Part shown: piece by piece, positions 28,930 through 46,708 of the stretch
Layout of the letters: every line of letters begins with the position of its first letter
Numbering within the stretch: the stretch's first letter is position 1
NCBI RefSeq assembly: GCF_009914755.1
Contig: NC_060925.1
Length of the DNA: 64,000 nt
DNA from: the human T2T-CHM13v2.0 reference genome, Homo sapiens
Direction: 5' to 3' (one strand)
Notes under the pieces: generated by a model
Database searches by the model: none
Seen by the model: only the letters and a program-made list of their open reading frames with translations
What the model was told of the DNA's origin: nothing
Position numbers and translations under genes: made by a program

Positions 28930-29460
28930 TTCCCCACGCGTTCTCTCCACGCTGCCCCGGGACCGGCCCTCCCCCGCCCAGCGCGCACGCGCGATCAGAG
29001 CTTGCCCGCCCGGCCCGACCCTGGCAGTGCGTGCCACAGTGCACGCCGCACTCACGCGCCACAGTATGTCCCGCGACCTGCCGGCGCAGGGCCGGCTCAC
29101 GGCCGTGGCCATGGAGATGGCGGCCCCTAGTCTAGGGCGTACAGGAGACCGTGCGCCCGCCCGCCACCGCAGTTCAAAGGCAGGAAGGCCCCAGGAGGAC
29201 CCTGCTGGGTCTGCCTCAAACGCTGCCTGAGCGAAGCCCGGCCCAGGCTCCAACCCATCCCTGCGAGGCTTCGTCTGGACAAGCTCAACAGGCCAGGACT
29301 GCCGCGCAGACACGTCCCGCAAACGCGGCTGTAACTCCAGGAACCGCCCTCTGGCGACCAAACGGTCCCTTCGAAGCAGGGTCCAGCGGGGCGCCAGAAG
29401 CAGGTGGCGGCGCTGCATGCTGGGAACTGTAGTCTCGACGGCCCCCTGAGAGGAAGTAGG
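28930..29460. promoter_or_regulatory. NDC1: CpG island / NDC1 promoter and 5' region
   Basis: Only CpG-dense non-Alu stretch in the window; GC box CCCCGCCC (28972-28979), NRF1-type CGCGCACGCGCG (28982-28993), YY1-type GATGGCGGC (29116-29124), ETS-type AGGAAGT (29451-29457). Confidence 0.9.
29056..29112 (-). CDS. NDC1: NDC1 transmembrane nucleoporin, coding exon 1 (MATAVSRPCAGRSRDILWR)
   Basis: ATG at 29112-29110; 57 nt; GTGAG donor at 29055-29051; peptide matches recalled human NDC1 N-terminus; inside CpG island. Confidence 0.97.
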
Positions 29461-29558
29461 AGGAATGTTGCATTCTGGGACTCGGAGTTCCAAAGTACAG
29501 AATGCTGGGAGTCAAGGTCTTCCTGGAGGTGCCTTGAGGCATGCTGGGAATAGTAGTC
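29415..29558 (-). promoter_or_regulatory. Four tandem ZNF143/STAF (SBS) motifs, two with the ACTAC extension
   Basis: Minus-strand GACTACAGTTCCCAGCATGC (29415-29434), GAACTCCGAGTCCCAGAATGC (29470-29490), AGACCTTGACTCCCAGCATTC (29500-29520), GACTACTATTCCCAGCATGC (29539-29558). Confidence 0.8.
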
Positions 29559-30341
29559 TTTTATAAAGCCGATAACAGCCACAGTATTGATTGACTGGAA
29601 TTCTTCAGTTAGAGCTAGCAAAATGATCTGCCCTCATTTCTCCCTATTACTTTATAAGTCACCTAAAAGTGAAACCAAAGGATGTGGTGGTCTTCTCCAC
29701 AATAGGTACGCAGTAATTTTACTGAAATAAAAAAAAAATTCTCTAGAGATGCCTTTGGTTTCATAAAATCTGGTTTCTACTTCCAGATCTGCCACTTGCT
29801 AAATTGAATATTTTTATCTTCTCTGAGCCTCCATTTCTTCAACAGTAAGATAAGGATGAAAATAAAAATATCCTGGTGATGTTGTGAGGATGTAAATAAT
29901 ATGCTATACAAATGTTATCATTAATATACTGCCAGTAAGAAAAAAGGTGTTTCACCAACCCAAGTTTCACCTAATGAAGTCTTCTCAGTGCTTTAGACCT
30001 CAGTGAGATCTCTGGATGCATATCGCTAACGCCTTTTTATGCTCAATCACATGCCACAGTCAACATGCAATACTCAAGACAGAAATAGATTCAGTGATTT
30101 ACTGACTAAGGAAATGCATAGGCTGGTGAGAGGAATTGAGATCACACCTACTGCTCTGCAACGTTTGCTAACAATGGCTTCCTGAATGCTTTAAGATTAT
30201 ATCCTATTCACTTCCAAAATCATGTTACTATCAATCATGTCTAAAGCACTGTAGGACAAACTGGGAATACAACTGATAGATCAAGTCTCTGCCGTGAAGA
30301 GATCTATCCGGTGGTGGAGAAAACTTGTAAAGAATTAGTCC

Positions 30342-32336
<1,995 letters not shown>

Positions 32337-32379
32337 CTAATTATTTGAAATAGAATAAATTTTTTAAATGATACAAGAC

Positions 32380-33123
32380 CTCTTTGGTCTCAGCCACAAA
32401 GGGAACACCATCGTTTGGAAAGCATTGCAGTAAGACACACATGTTGTGCTGCTGCTGTGCCCCTAAGGCCTATGCCCTTCAGTAGTCAACCTGTGGCACA
32501 TGTGCCACCTTGCCAAGCACAAGAGGAAGTAACACTGGAGTACCAATGCTGAAAGATGAAATACCACCAGGACTAGTCAAATGAGGCACCTAAAAAGTGT
32601 ATACCACAGATTCAGGCAGGGATTCCGTGAAGGAACAACACCTAGACCTAAGACGGCAGCTGTTGCAGCATCCAGTTCATCTTAAGAATTTCACTCCAGC
32701 CTGGGCAACAAGAGTAAAACTCTGTCTCAAAAAATAAATAAATAAATAAAAGGAAAAAAAAGAATTTTGATGGTTAGTCACCCAATAAATGTTCTGGTTG
32801 GCCGGGCGTGGTGGCTCATGCCTGTAATCCTAGCACTTTGGGAGGCTGAGGCAGGTGGATCATTTGAGGTCAGGAGTTCAAGAACAACCTCGCCAACATG
32901 GTGAAACCCCATCTCTACTAAAAATACAAAAATTAGCTGGGCATGGTGGTGGGAGCCTGTAATCCCAGTTACTTGGGAGGCTAAGGTAGCAGAATTACTT
33001 GAATCTGGGAGGCAGAGGTTGCAGTGAGCCAAGATTGCGCCACTGCACTCCAGCCTGGGTGACAGAGTGAGACTCTGTCTCAAAAAAAAAAAAAGTTCTG
33101 GTTTTTAAAAATTAAAAAAAAAA
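32380..33123 (+). pseudogene. RPL37 processed pseudogene (possibly RPL37P7); start codon deleted, two Alus in its 3'UTR
   Basis: Intronless match to RPL37 mRNA (AAGGGAACACCATCGTTTGGAAAG...CGTGAAGGAACAACACCT...TCCAGTTCATCTTAA, stop 32683-32685), AATAAA, poly(A), TSD AAATGATACAAGAC at 32366-32379 and 33124-33137. Confidence 0.93.
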
Positions 33124-33679
33124 AAATGATACAAGACATGAAGAACAATACCAGTTAGTATTAGAAAAACTCAGAAATTATGTGATAGAACTCAGGAAAG
33201 AAATCAAAATTTAAACAATTATTATAAAATGGAAGTTGAATTAGAAGAGCAAAGAAACACAACAGTAATGTCATAACAAACGAAGAACTTTTATAATCAA
33301 AAAAGGAATAAAGAAACAAAAACAATTTTAAGTGACAAATAGAGAAAATAGGCAAAGAAGATCTAACATATGAATAATGGGAGTCCCTGAAGACTCTGGA
33401 ATCTCATTTTAAACCATCACTGTCTCGCCCAACAACACACAAGGATGTGAGAATTCCTTTCTGTTTTTAAATTGCCCTAATATTTTTAAATGAGTTGTCA
33501 TTTTCCCGAAGTTTTTACTACAAAATTTTCACTTGTTGCATAGCCTTTAATACTTTATAGCCTAAAAAATATAAAGGGTGGTGGTAGCAAACAACCCTTC
33601 TTTCTCCCAATCTGTAACCTGTTTCAAATTCAGTCCTTCCAAGAGAAAGGCTGCTAACTCATGATAAAATGTGATGAGC

Positions 33680-35750
<2,071 letters not shown>

Positions 35751-36514
35751 GTTCTTGATTATTTTAGAAGAGCCTAACCTATCCCCAAAGATACCAGTAG
35801 TAAATCAATAAATGCAGTTACCTGAAGAGGACTTGAAAAGTCCTTGAAAAACTTTGTTTTATGCATCACCTTATTAATTCACCCCACCAGCATTTACCAA
35901 GCAATGAGTACCGGCCAGGCACTTTGCTAGGCTCTGTGGGGGTAGACACAGGAGTGCAGTCCCTGCTGTCAGGACCCTTCTGTCGAGTACACAAGGCCTC
36001 CTCCTTAGACACTCACTCTCTTCAACCATACTCCCAACCAGTGCATGCATCTGGTAGAAATGGCTTTATCCGTTTTTAGCTTACAGGCTGTTCTTGGAAA
36101 ATGGATGAAGCCTCAAAGTACAGGTTTAAGATACTAAAGCCGATCTAACAGACCCTTCATCCCCTCACCAACACATCATGACATCATGTTTATTTTTTTC
36201 TGCCTTCATACCTCTGCTTAATCTGGACTCTCTGCATCTTCAAATTCCATGTCTTCCATGAAGTATTTCCTGTTGAATTCCTCCTCTTCTAAAAATCCTG
36301 GAATTCTACCCCTTATTGAATACATCCTGCCATCAGTAGCATAGTAGAGAAAGAGCAAACTTTGGAGCCAGACAGTCCTGGACTTAAGTCCTGGCTTTGC
36401 CCCTCCCTAAATGAGAAGGCTAGAGACCATGTTTTGGTTGAATGCTTATTATATACTAGACACTCTAAGTCATATCATATAAATTTAATTATCACACTTG
36501 CCCTTCAAGACTGA

Positions 36515-36539
36515 TTATATATATATATATATATATATA
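36515..36539. repeat. (AT)n microsatellite
   Basis: Direct reading. Confidence 0.9.
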
Positions 36540-36691
36540 AATAAAATATTTTAGAGAGTAAGCCAAGCTGAGGTAAAAAGAAGCACGGACTCACACACTC
36601 CTATCAATTTTAACATTTCAGCTCTTTTATATAAATAATTTTTCAGAGTGGTATATCTTATTTGCTTGCTTGCTTTTTAAAAAAAATTTAC

Positions 36692-36920
36692 GTGGATCAC
36701 GAGGTCAGAAGATCAAGACCACCCTGGCTAACACGGTGAAACCCCATCTCTACTAAAAAAAAATACAAAAAATTAGCCGGGCGTGGTGATGGGCACCTGT
36801 AGTCTCAGCTACTCAGGAGGCTGAGGCAGGAGAATGGCGTGAACCCGGGAGGCAGAGCTTGCACTGACCCAAGATCACGCTACTGCACTCCAGCCTGGGC
36901 AACAGAGCAAGACTCTGTCT

Positions 36921-36964
<44 letters not shown>

Positions 36965-36995
36965 ACAAAGGTTTGTATTTTTGTTCTAATCATTT

Positions 36996-37029
<34 letters not shown>

Positions 37030-37315
37030 CCTGAGACGGAGTCTTACTCTGTCGCCCAGGCTGGAGTGCAGTGGCACCATCTCGGCTCAGCTGCAACCTC
37101 CACCCCCTGGGTTCAAGCAATTCTCCTGCCTCAGCCTGCCAAGTAGCTGGGATTACAGGCACGCACCACCACACCTGGCTAATTTTTGTATTTTTAGTAG
37201 AGACAGGGTTTCACCATATTGGCCAGGCTGGTCTTGAACTCCTGACCTTAGGTGATCTGCCTACCTCGGCCTCCCAAAGTGCTGGGATTACAGGTGTGAG
37301 CCACTGCACCCGGCC
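36692..37315. mobile_element. Tail-to-tail Alu pair: 5'-truncated AluY plus (36692-36961) and AluS minus (36998-37315)
   Basis: A40 and T32 tails; TSDs AAAAAAAATTTAC and TCATTTCCT. Confidence 0.92.
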
Positions 37316-37329
37316 TCATTTCCTATCTA

Positions 37330-39450
<2,121 letters not shown>

Positions 39451-41558
39451 TTCTTTGTATGATACCAACCAATTAAATCAAACTGATAATGGACAAACCA
39501 CCACCAACTTTTGTAAAAGGAGGGGCTCCAAGATGTACTAGTTATCTGTCTAAAACCCATTCTGTCTTCCTTCCTTACCGACAGTATTCTGGTTCATTCA
39601 GGGTGACAGTGTGCCCAGCTAAAGAGTATTTCCCAGCCTCCCTTGCAGCTAGGGGTAACTGTGGGATACAGTTCTAACCAATAAGACATGAACTTTTTCT
39701 CTGGAGAAAGCTCATTACAAGGCAGGCTAACTCCACTGGCCAACCCTCTTTTACCCTTTCCCTTCCTGCTGCCTGTCAAGAGCTGAGTTGAGCTAGAAAA
39801 AGCTGAGCTGCCAGGACTTGGAGTACAGTTAAGTGAAAATGAAGTAACAGCAAGCCTTTCATCACTTACTGTGATGGTACAAGCAACAGGCTAACCAGGA
39901 GAAAGCGCTGGCTCCCCTCATGTTCCATTTCCCACCATGAACCAGTGCCAGGCAAGGGTCAGGTGGATCAGTGCAAATGTGGGGATGGTCTCACTGCCAA
40001 TTGATCCCTAAACAAAAGGCTCCTGCCATTTCACAGGGCCTGGGGACTGAGAAGAGGAAGAGGGGGAAGGGTTAGGAGTAGAAAAGTACTGAGCCTTGGA
40101 AGTGAAAAAAATATTTTCAAGTTCCCCAGTCCCCCAGAGATAAATTGGTCTCTGCAGAGGCACCTGAAAAAGGCTATGGCTAGGAGGCCTCCAAATGGAG
40201 GAGCCTGGGCATGAAACGCAGATATGCGTAAGAGTATCCTTGACTGTAGTCCCTTCAGAGACACATGGCACTCACTGGGCACCCAGTCTGGTGTGGGCAG
40301 GCAGCTTTTCCCAAGAGGCCTGTTGGGTAAGGCCTTTGTCAGGCCTGAAAGATCAGCACGGGTTTTTGGCCTGGAGGCACACTCCGCACCACCTACCCTT
40401 TGCTGGAGGTAACACGGGCATCTTGGGAGTAGATGACAAATTCATGCTAAGGACTGCTGGGCAGAAGAAAAATAAAAAGAGATGGCATCATGGAGCAGCC
40501 ATGTTAACCTCAGACTATCTCTAAATTTCTATTTACATAGGAAAGACAAAACGGCAAATTTATTTAAGCTAACTGCTTCTCAGGGTTCTTTTACAGCTGA
40601 ATGTAATTCGTAAGAGCTGCATGGAGGTCCCAAGGGCAGTGGCTCCCAAATGGTGGTGCTGGTTAGTTCACGAAACTTTCACTGGTCTTGGCTAGGTGAG
40701 AAAAAATTAACAGTCAGTTTTTCATAAAGCTAAACTTACCAAGTTTTTAGTACTAAGATTATGTCCTTCCAGATTATTTGATATTATAATGTCCTTTCTT
40801 CTATAAAGATAATGGTGCTGACAATGCTGGCTGTGTCCAAAATCCTTACTTAAAAATTAAATCCTGGCCACTTTATTATAGAATCTCTAAACATATTTTT
40901 GGAAAAATTTACCGGTGATACCGACTTAAAAGTACTTAGTAGCTTGTAGTCCTAGCAACTTGAGAAGCTGAGGTGGGAGGATCCCTTGAGCCAGGGGTTT
41001 GAGGCTACAGTGGACTATGATGGCTCCACTGCACTCCAGCCTGGGAGACAGAGCAAGACAAAAAAAAAAAAATACTTAGAAGACTCAAGGGACACAAAAC
41101 AGCTGTCTTCAAACATCTGAAGGGAATAAGGCTCACACTTGTTCTGTGAGGCCCAGGGGCAGAGCAAAGACCACGCAGTGATGGCTGCAGAGGCACTTCT
41201 GACAGAACAGGCCATTGAAGGACGAAACGCTGCCTGGAGAAAGCCGGATGCCGGCAGCCACTGAGCAGTGATCACTGGACTGTAAGATCCAGGAGAACAG
41301 GGAGCTTGTCTGTTTTGTTCACTGTTCTAGCCTCAGTACATACAATAGTACCCAGCACATAGTAGGTGCTCAGAATATATTCGTTGGTTAATTAATGGAG
41401 GGATATTCAGCATCTGATGGGAGGTTTGCCAAGGTGATGTTAAGCTCATTGTAGCCTGATTTATGTGTCTTCCTTTACCTGCGTGGTCAACCTTTTAAGT
41501 CTAAATGTGTCTTTGTAGCTATCTCAGAAATATATAGGGAATTCTGTCTGGAAGAGGA

Positions 41559-41904
41559 TGATATGGTTTGGCTCTGTGTCCCCACCCAAATCTCATCTTG
41601 AATTGTACTCCCATAATTTCCACATGTTGTAGTAGGGACCCGGTGGGAGATAATTTGAATCATGGGGGTGGTTTCCCCCATACTCTTCTCATGGTAGTGA
41701 ATAAGATCTGATGGTTTTATCAACGATTTCCGCTTTTGCATCCTCCTCATTATCTCTTGCCACCACCATGTAAGAAGTGCCTTTTGCCTCCTGCCATGAT
41801 TCTGAGACCTCCACAGCCATGTGGAACTGCAAGTCCAATTAAACCTCTTTTTCTTCCCAGTCTTGGGTATGTCTTTATCAGCAGCATGAAAACAGACTAA
41901 TACA
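41559..41904 (+). mobile_element. THE1 (MaLR) solo LTR
   Basis: TGATATGGTTTGGCTCTGTGTCCCCACCCAAATCTCATCTTG...CAGACTAATACA; 5-bp TSD GAGGA at 41554-41558 and 41905-41909. Confidence 0.92.
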
Positions 41905-42119
41905 GAGGACAACAGAAACAGTAGGTGATCAGTAATCCTGACCATCAGAAGCTCAGCCTCCCAGATCATATGCATTTTGAACAAACAGTATGTTAAAGCT
42001 CTTTGCGGTGTCACTGGTTTCTCTCTTTAATGCACACTAGCCAGGAAGTCAAAGTGCCAGGTACTCCAAGTACCCTAAGAGAATTTTGTGAAATTTGTCA
42101 AAATGGGATGTAAATGAAC

Positions 42120-42437
42120 TTTTTTTTTTTTTTTTTTTTAAGAAAAGGTCTCACTTTGTCACGTAGGCTGGAGTGGCTCACTGCAGCCTCAACCTCCAGG
42201 CTCAGCCTCTCGAGGATACTTAACATCACCTTGGCAAACCTCCCACCTTAGCCTCTCAAGTAGCTGGGACTACAGGCATGTGCAACTACACCCAGCTAAT
42301 TTTTTGTATTTTTTTTTTGTAGAGACTGGGTTTCACCACGTTGCCCAGGCTGGTCTCAACTCTTGGGCTCAAGCAATCCACCCATCTTAGCCTCCCAAAG
42401 TGCTGGGATTACAGGTGTGAGCCACAACTTCTGGCCG
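42120..42437 (-). mobile_element. AluJ-like element carrying a non-Alu insert
   Basis: Alu motifs with foreign segment ~42204-42238. Confidence 0.85.
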
Positions 42438-42604
42438 AATGTGTTCTTTAAAACTGATATTCCATTCTTATAGGAAGAAACATTCAGATGTCCCATTTTA
42501 ATCCACACATCATAACACCGAGCACATTCAATCAGATTCCCAGCAGCCTCCAGTACAGACAAACCATCAAGGAAAAACTTGAGGTCAAAGTCACAAAATG
42601 CAGA

Positions 42605-43150
42605 CACAGACATCATGTGAGGTATTTATTTTGCAGCCATTCAGTTCAGCTGTCCAGTATCAGGTTACCAAAGACAAATTTTCAAGCTCCCGGTTAATCC
42701 CCACCAAAGTTTCTACTGTTCGGCTACTTCAGGATGGCTAACATTTGGAGAGAAGAGGATCCCCCAGGTAGTCTGTACATAATTCAGAGAGAGGACATCA
42801 GAATTTTCCATGGTTCTATTTCAGGTATTAAGGTACCACAGTGAAGCATGTCATTTGACTGTGGTGGCAAAGGGACGGCACTGAGCATGCCTAACCTATT
42901 CCCCGGCATTTCAGTCCAATCAGCGCATGCTCGCAATGATCATCCATGGGTGAAAAGGAAGAGCTGAAAGACACATGTGCTGAGCAACATTTAATTTCTG
43001 CTTGTTAAACGGGTGATTAGGCGCCAGTGTGGCACCATCCAGACACTGGGAATTTGTGCCACTCCATCAGTTCTGCTGGCTCTGCTCATTCTGCTTTCCT
43101 GCAGTGGATGCCACTTCCCAAAGAACCATGCTCCAAAAAACAAAAGAGAA
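42605..43150 (-). other. YIPF1: YIPF1 terminal non-coding 3'UTR exon
   Basis: TTTTGTTTTTCAG acceptor ending 43151; repeat-free block ending shortly after AATAAA; 3' end approximate. Confidence 0.8.
42625..42630 (-). terminator. YIPF1: YIPF1 polyadenylation signal AATAAA
   Basis: tttatt on + strand; followed on minus strand by GU/U-rich TGTCTGTGTCTGCATTTTGTG. Confidence 0.8.
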
Positions 43151-44847
43151 CTGAAAAACAAAACGGGAAACTTTCAAGATAAAGCACCCCCCCACCCCGA
43201 CAGGAAAGAGCTACATTGTAGAAAAGGATATTCATGTATGTTTAGAGATATAACTCCCAACACCAGAGCAGTCTGCTGCCACCAATTCCCTAAATCTTGA
43301 GGCTTGAGTCTAATTTTGATGCTAAAAGTAGAGCTTAGTGTTGGAAGAAAGATGATGCTTTAAAAAGTTTTCTTCTATTTGCTTGGAAACCCAGTGACCC
43401 TTTCCAAGCCAGATCCTAAAGCTACCTTTGCCCATCCTTCTCTCTTTCTCTTCTCCGTGACAGCACTGTGTTAAGCACTAGAGGAGAAAAGATAAGAGTG
43501 GATATGGAGGGACTTAAAGATCTGGGACCTGGAAAACCGTGGTAATTGAAATGTAAGGTTATACAGGAGATAATGGCAGGATATGAGGCAGGACAAATAA
43601 ATCAGGGATAGATTGTGGCAATGCAGGGGGTTTCAATTTTGTTATTTGGGCAATAGGGGGCCAAAAAAAAAAAGTTTCTAAGTAGGGAAGTGACATAGTT
43701 AAAGGCGTGGTCAGAATTATAAATTTTCAAAGACCCCTGTGGCTGTGTATAGGATGAATTGGAAGGAGAAAAAGAAAAGAAGTGGAGAAAGCCATCATGT
43801 TACTGCTGCAGTTCAAATATGAAATGATCGGTCCTGAACACTGGGTATGGTAACAACAGGACAGAGATGAAAAATACTTCAGAGATAGAAAAGACAGGTC
43901 TTGCTGACTGATACTATGTGGAAGGTGAGTGCGGGGAATCTACAATCTACCTTGATGCTGAGGTTTCTATCCTGGGTGACTGGATGGATTTCTTAATTAA
44001 TCCAACAAATATTGAGGACCCATGTGCCAGGTACTGGGGACAGTGATGAACAAGACAGACATGGTCCCAACTGTCAAGGAACCAGTCTACCAAGAGAAGC
44101 AACAGGGCAAACAAATACAGAAAATATTATTTATTTAATTATAATCTTAACTTGCCAGGCGAGGGTGTAATAAAGAATCTAACCTACTCTGCAGTCAGGG
44201 ACAGTATAAATGATGGTGCCATTCCCTGAGACAGGAAAACATGAGGAGGATCTGGTTGTAGTGGGGGATGAGTATAGCTTGGAATGTAATGAATTTGAGG
44301 CAACTGTTGGTATACCTACCTGGGGATTTGCAAGACAGGGAAACTTGGAAAGAGGGGCTGGAGATAGAGTTAAATCCAGGGAAGACTAAGGAATATGGTG
44401 GAGAATAAGTTCCTAATGCATAGCCTTCCACTTGGGAGAATGAGCTAGGCCTTCCTGGAGACATCAACAGGACAATACCACATTCAGATGTCAGCGTTTG
44501 ATGATACCACGAAGGTGAGGCTAAGGCAAGGGCTAACTGCCCAAGTCTACTGGCTCAAGAAAAGAGAAACATTGCCAACAAAATATCTGTGAAAAGTGGC
44601 TGGAGAAAGCCAGACGCTGTAATTTGCTGGCATGAAAGAACCTAAAGCCCTGATCAGCCTTTTAGTAACCATCAACTTGGGTTCTGAAACGCTAAATAAA
44701 GGTAGGGACAAACGGGCCCACAGAGCAAGCACTCAAGATTTTATATTCATAAATATATACTCTGTTTTTCTCTCCTCTTTCTAGCTGTCTGTTCCAAATC
44801 AATGTCAAGACTAGGGAAGAATATGAAGACTAGAAAATTCCCTTCTC

Positions 44848-45172
<325 letters not shown>

Positions 45173-46379
45173 TTAATGGGTGGCCAGAAGCGAAGAGGTT
45201 GGGAATTCTTGGCACTTAGGCCAGAGGGAGAAAAGTAAGATGCTGTTGCCCTTTGTGCCAAAGTTGGTCCCTAATGTCACCATCAGCCAGCACTTCCTTA
45301 CCTCTTGAAGATTGCCTCTACCACCTCTTGGCCTATGACCTGACTCCTGACCATTTTTGGCTCCCCATCTTGGGTGGCTGCACTATCGCATGGGCATTCT
45401 CTGTCCCTTTCCTTGCCTCAGCCCTGCAGCCAAACCTTCCAATGTCACCACAGTCTGATCTGGGATGTTCCAATGAGAAGTTCCCATAATCATGTTTCTC
45501 TCTTTAATGTAAAAGGGCCTTCTAGTCTGTGTGGCGTATGAGATGTAAAACTGGAGTATAGAATCTGGGAGGGTAAGGACTGATCTCCGTTGTTCACCAG
45601 CACAGAGTAGAACTTCAATGAATGAACAAGTAAAGATTTCCCAAGTAACCTGCCACATAAATCCAGGAAAGTTTTGATGCTATATGATTGGCCTAACAAC
45701 TTGTTCAAATGAAGCTTTCTCCAAGTGTCTGCTGGGTGCTAGGGAGCTATATTGGTAAATAAAGCTCTGCCCTCAAGGAACTCTCAGTCTATGAAGTTAC
45801 AGTGAATAAGCAAACTGCCATAATAGAAGAACATACGAGAGCTGTAGAAGAGCACAGAAAAGAAAATAAGTAATACTACCTGGAGAAGTCAAGAAAAACT
45901 TCAGCAAGGAGAGGGTATCTCAAGTGAGTCCTGAAAAATAAACAGGAAATTGCCAAGTAGACAAGGCTTGTGAAATGAACACTCTTGACAATGTGAGCGA
46001 GTGACAGGATAACTGCATACAAACCCTGTGTATCCAATCAGGAGGATTTAATGACAAAGGACTCTCCAGAAGCCCTCTCTGCATCATTAATTAAAGCCCT
46101 GATCACACTGTGATATGATTATCTGCTGATGGCCCTCCTCCGGACAGCCCCACCTGTCACTGCCCCTGGAAAGCTCACCCCAATCTGGATGCGGTCTCAA
46201 GCCCTCAAGCCAAAGCAGGGCTTCCCAGGTACAGTTTCCAGGCTCTACCAGGGTCTTGGCTCAGAGAAGACATAGCACTGCCCTCATGTGAAAAGTTAAT
46301 GAAGAAGGAAGGATGGAAGCCAGATATTCTTTATATTATTTCAATAACTTACATAGGGGTAGCATGCTGATTACAAGTA

Positions 46380-46708
46380 CAGTCCCACACTGCATAATGA
46401 TGTTTCAGTTGACAACAGACCACGTATACAATGGTGGTCCCATGAGATCACACCATATTTTTACTGTACCTTTTCTATGTTTAGGTACACAAATATTTAC
46501 GATTGGGTTACATCTGCCTGCTGTATTCAGTATAGCAACATGCCACACAGGTTTGTAGCCTAGGAGCAATAGGCTATCCCACATAAGTGTGTTGTAAGCT
46601 ATACCATCTAGGTTTGTTTAAGTATATTCTATGATATTGGCACAATGATGAAACTGCCTAATGACGCATGTCTCAGAATGCATCCCATCATTAAGCAATG
46701 CATGACTG
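46380..46708 (+). mobile_element. Tigger3a/MER7-type DNA transposon
   Basis: TA-CAGTC...GACTG-TA termini; internal ACAGGTTTGTAGCCTAGGAGCAATAGGCTAT. Confidence 0.85.

Noticed and set aside
28864-29055. C-terminal part of the 209-aa ORF
   Set aside because: Read-through past the exon 1 GTGAG donor into GC-rich intron 1
41487-42014. 175-aa ORF
   Set aside because: Mostly antisense translation of the THE1 LTR
42605-43150. SECIS or stop read-through in YIPF1
   Set aside because: First stop is TAA, and I saw no convincing ATGA/AA/GA SECIS geometry in the 3'UTR
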